A model generated the notes under the pieces. It was not told the origin of the DNA and did no database searches. It was given only the letters and a program-made list of their open reading frames with translations. A stretch of DNA of 64,000 bases from the human T2T-CHM13v2.0 reference genome, Homo sapiens. Where the stretch lies: assembly GCF_009914755.1 (NCBI RefSeq), contig NC_060926.1; one strand, 5' to 3'. Shown here piece after piece: positions 60,940 through 64,000 of the stretch (positions are counted from its first letter, which is position 1; each line of letters begins with the position of its first letter). The translations under genes were made by a program, and so were the position numbers.

Positions 60940-61524
60940 TATGAACCCAAAATATCTGAGACAGTCTCAGTCAATTAAGAAAGTTTATTTTGCCAATGCT
61001 AAGGAGCACCCGTGACATACTCTCAGGCAGTCCTAAGGACATGTGCCCAGGGGGATCAGGGTACAGCTTGCTTTTAAACATGTTAGGGATGCATAACACA
61101 TCAATCCATACATGTAAGATTTACATTGGTTCCATCTGGAAGGGCGGGACAGCTGGAAGGGAGGGGGTGCTTCCAGGTCATAGGTAGATTTAAAATTTCT
61201 CTGATTGGCAATTGGTTGAAAGAGTTATTATCAGTAGAAAGGGGTTTACTTTCTACTTTTTAAGACTTTACTTTTTAAGTCCAAGGTTTTATTAAGCAGG
61301 TGAAGCCGCCAAGTATCAGGCTTCAGAGAGAATAGACTGTCAATGTTTCTTATCAGACTTTATGTCTACATTGATGTTAATGCTGGAGGGATATAAAGAG
61401 GCCTGACTCCCTCTTCCATCATGGCCTGAACTAGATGTTAAGGTTAACTCTGGAATGCCCTTGGCAGAGAAGAGGGGTCCATGCAGACGGTTGGGAGGCC
61501 TTAGGATTTTATTTTTGGCTTACA
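60940..61524 (-). mobile_element. MER4-family ERV1 solo LTR in the right arm of the inverted duplication
   Basis: Recalled MER4 motifs agaaagtttattttgccaa...gacatgtgccca...ttatttttggcttaca; absent from the left arm. Confidence 0.82.
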
Positions 61525-63162
61525 AGCGTCACGTCAACTTCTGATGAAGCCGTCCATGCTCCTCGCTGACAACTTCTGATGAAGCCGTCCATGCTCCTTG
61601 CTGGCTTTCACCTGAGTTGCCGGGTTGACACATGGGTGGTGCTTTTCAATGGTTCCCGACCTATGCACACCGCAATCATCTTTTTAAAATCACCTTTTTA
61701 AAAATCAAGATTGACACTTATTGGCAGCAAGGCCTAGGAATGTGAATTTTAAAAGATCTCTCCAGCTGATTCTAATGAAACACCCTGTCAGACTTGGTTT
61801 CAGTTCCATTGTGTCCCAATCAGTGATTTCAAATACCAACATCCTTTTTTAAGGTCAAGCAATGTTTGGAGGACCCACAGAGGACAGCAGGTGTCCTTCT
61901 AGTCATCACCGATTGTGAAAGCAACACGGGAGTTGCAGTTTGTGTTCTCGCAGGGATCTGTAGCCCCAGAATGGGAAGCTGTGCTCCAAACATAAGGAAC
62001 TATGCGAATAATCAGCAAGGCATTTGACAGCTTTTCTTGGTGGGTTTGTGGACACAGGAAGTGTGGGTTCTCTATCAGAGGTTGGTCACTGAAAGGGGTC
62101 ACTGAAAGGGCTCACTGCAGTGTGCTGGTTAGTGAAATGATGACCCAGGAAGATGGGGCTCCTGAAGCCTTCGCCTCCCCCATCAAGCTCCATTTTGAGA
62201 AGGGCCGCCCTCATTCTAACCCCCACCCCACCTCTCTACCCCACCTCTCACCCCAAACCCCCTAGTACCTCTGCCCTCATAATTTCTGTAACTCCATCCC
62301 TCTACAACAAGCCCAGGACACTGGCTTTAAGCAGTTCCAGGCTCATGCCCAGGCCGAGCTCTGCCCACCGGGTGTGAGCCATACTGAGTGTGTGTGAACC
62401 TGCACAACTGAAACACGTCTCTTTGAGGAACCTGGAACACAACAGTGAGCAAGGCAGAAGGAGAGCGAGGGAGTGCTGGGCTCTCCAGCTTGGGTGGTCC
62501 AAACACCGCTGAACTTTCCTGGGGGTTCTCAGTAAAGAACTCTGCAAATGTCCATCTCAGAAGACACAGGAGGTTCAGTCCCAGACACCAATAAGACAAT
62601 GCCCATGTCACCTGAACCTCCTGCTCCTCTCCCCAGCAAAGAAAAATCCCTGAGGATACGCAGCATGCAACTTGTTCTTTCTTAGGAATGTTTTGGAAAG
62701 CAATCCAGATAACAGCCTGGAAAGAAGTTATTGGAAACAGGCTCGGCTGTAGCCACATTTTGATGGAGGAGGAAAGGAGGGTCGGACGCCAGGTGTGGCA
62801 GGGGGCAGATGATGGCGGGCTGGTGATGAGAAACCCTAGCCCCTTCCCCCACTGCAGATCTGAACTGGAGAGGGGAGATCCTTGGGTTCACTATTTTTGC
62901 TATTATACTGGGCCAGGCATTTAATTACTAAAAATGATAATTTGTAATGACTAAAAGTGGCAAGATAACATTTTATGATGTAAAAGCGACAAGAAAAATT
63001 ATGAAAATGATGAGCCCTACTCAGAATTCCTCCAGGGATGGGAGGCAAGAGGTCTATAGGCCCATAGGCCCAGGCATTCGCAGGAGTCGTCCTGAGGAAA
63101 AGGCAAGTTGCTTTGCAATTCTGCTGTACTGCATTCACCTGTCTCAAATGATGGTGACATTA

Positions 63163-63480
<318 letters not shown>

Positions 63481-64000
63481 TTATATCTATTTTAATCACA
63501 AATATTTCCTCGCTCATGCCAAATGCTGTTTATTTCTTTCATACTTATGAGCTCTAAAACTCATATTTTACAAAGATATAACTGTTGTAAAGTATAACAA
63601 AAATTATTTCTCCTCAGTTTTGTTTCAAATATATCCCTCTTTCCACATTCTTTAGTTTTTCTCATGGTTCCTGGAGCCTAAATCTTTTTGGCAAACGCAT
63701 CCCCAGGGTTTCACTCCAGCAGAATCACTCATATCAGCTGAAGGGTCTGTCTTCTGGACTTGCTATGTGGTTTTTATGTAGAGGGAAAAATAGGAGTTAT
63801 CTTTCCATTCCTCACCACTCTGCCCATCAAGACTATAATTTAATCGCCCTTTCATCTTTTTTAACAGTATCAGCATACCGAGATGATGATTTCAGCAGTC
63901 CAGGTTTCAAGTTCATGGTAATTACATTTTCCATAGAAGTCTGAAGATGTTTTGCGTACCACATTGCTTTAAAAATTGTTCTTCTCTGATTATAAAAGGA

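Overview
Primate (human-like) genomic DNA, rich in Alu, L1, L2, MIR and LTR elements. It holds the 5' half of KIDINS220 (ARMS) on the minus strand: a CpG-island promoter and non-coding exon 1 near 57.2-57.4 kb, and coding exons 2-17 from 46845 down to 5501. These exons total 2229 nt (743 codons) and encode the ankyrin repeats, the KAP-family P-loop NTPase Walker A motif and transmembrane segments. The gene continues beyond the left edge. I read every coding exon boundary from the sequence; all are GT-AG and in phase. I see no new protein-coding system. The most unusual unexplained structure is an old inverted duplication directly upstream of the promoter (about 57756-61744, about 0.8 kb of matching sequence per arm), whose arms later took up different transposons. 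Other observations: a fused tail-to-tail inverted Alu pair next to exon 12, a 130-nt hairpin in intron 4, a strong-Kozak uORF in exon 1, a NAGNAG acceptor, a duplicated 3' splice site and reconstituted donor sites. Repeat subfamily names come from recalled consensus sequences and repeat boundaries are approximate.
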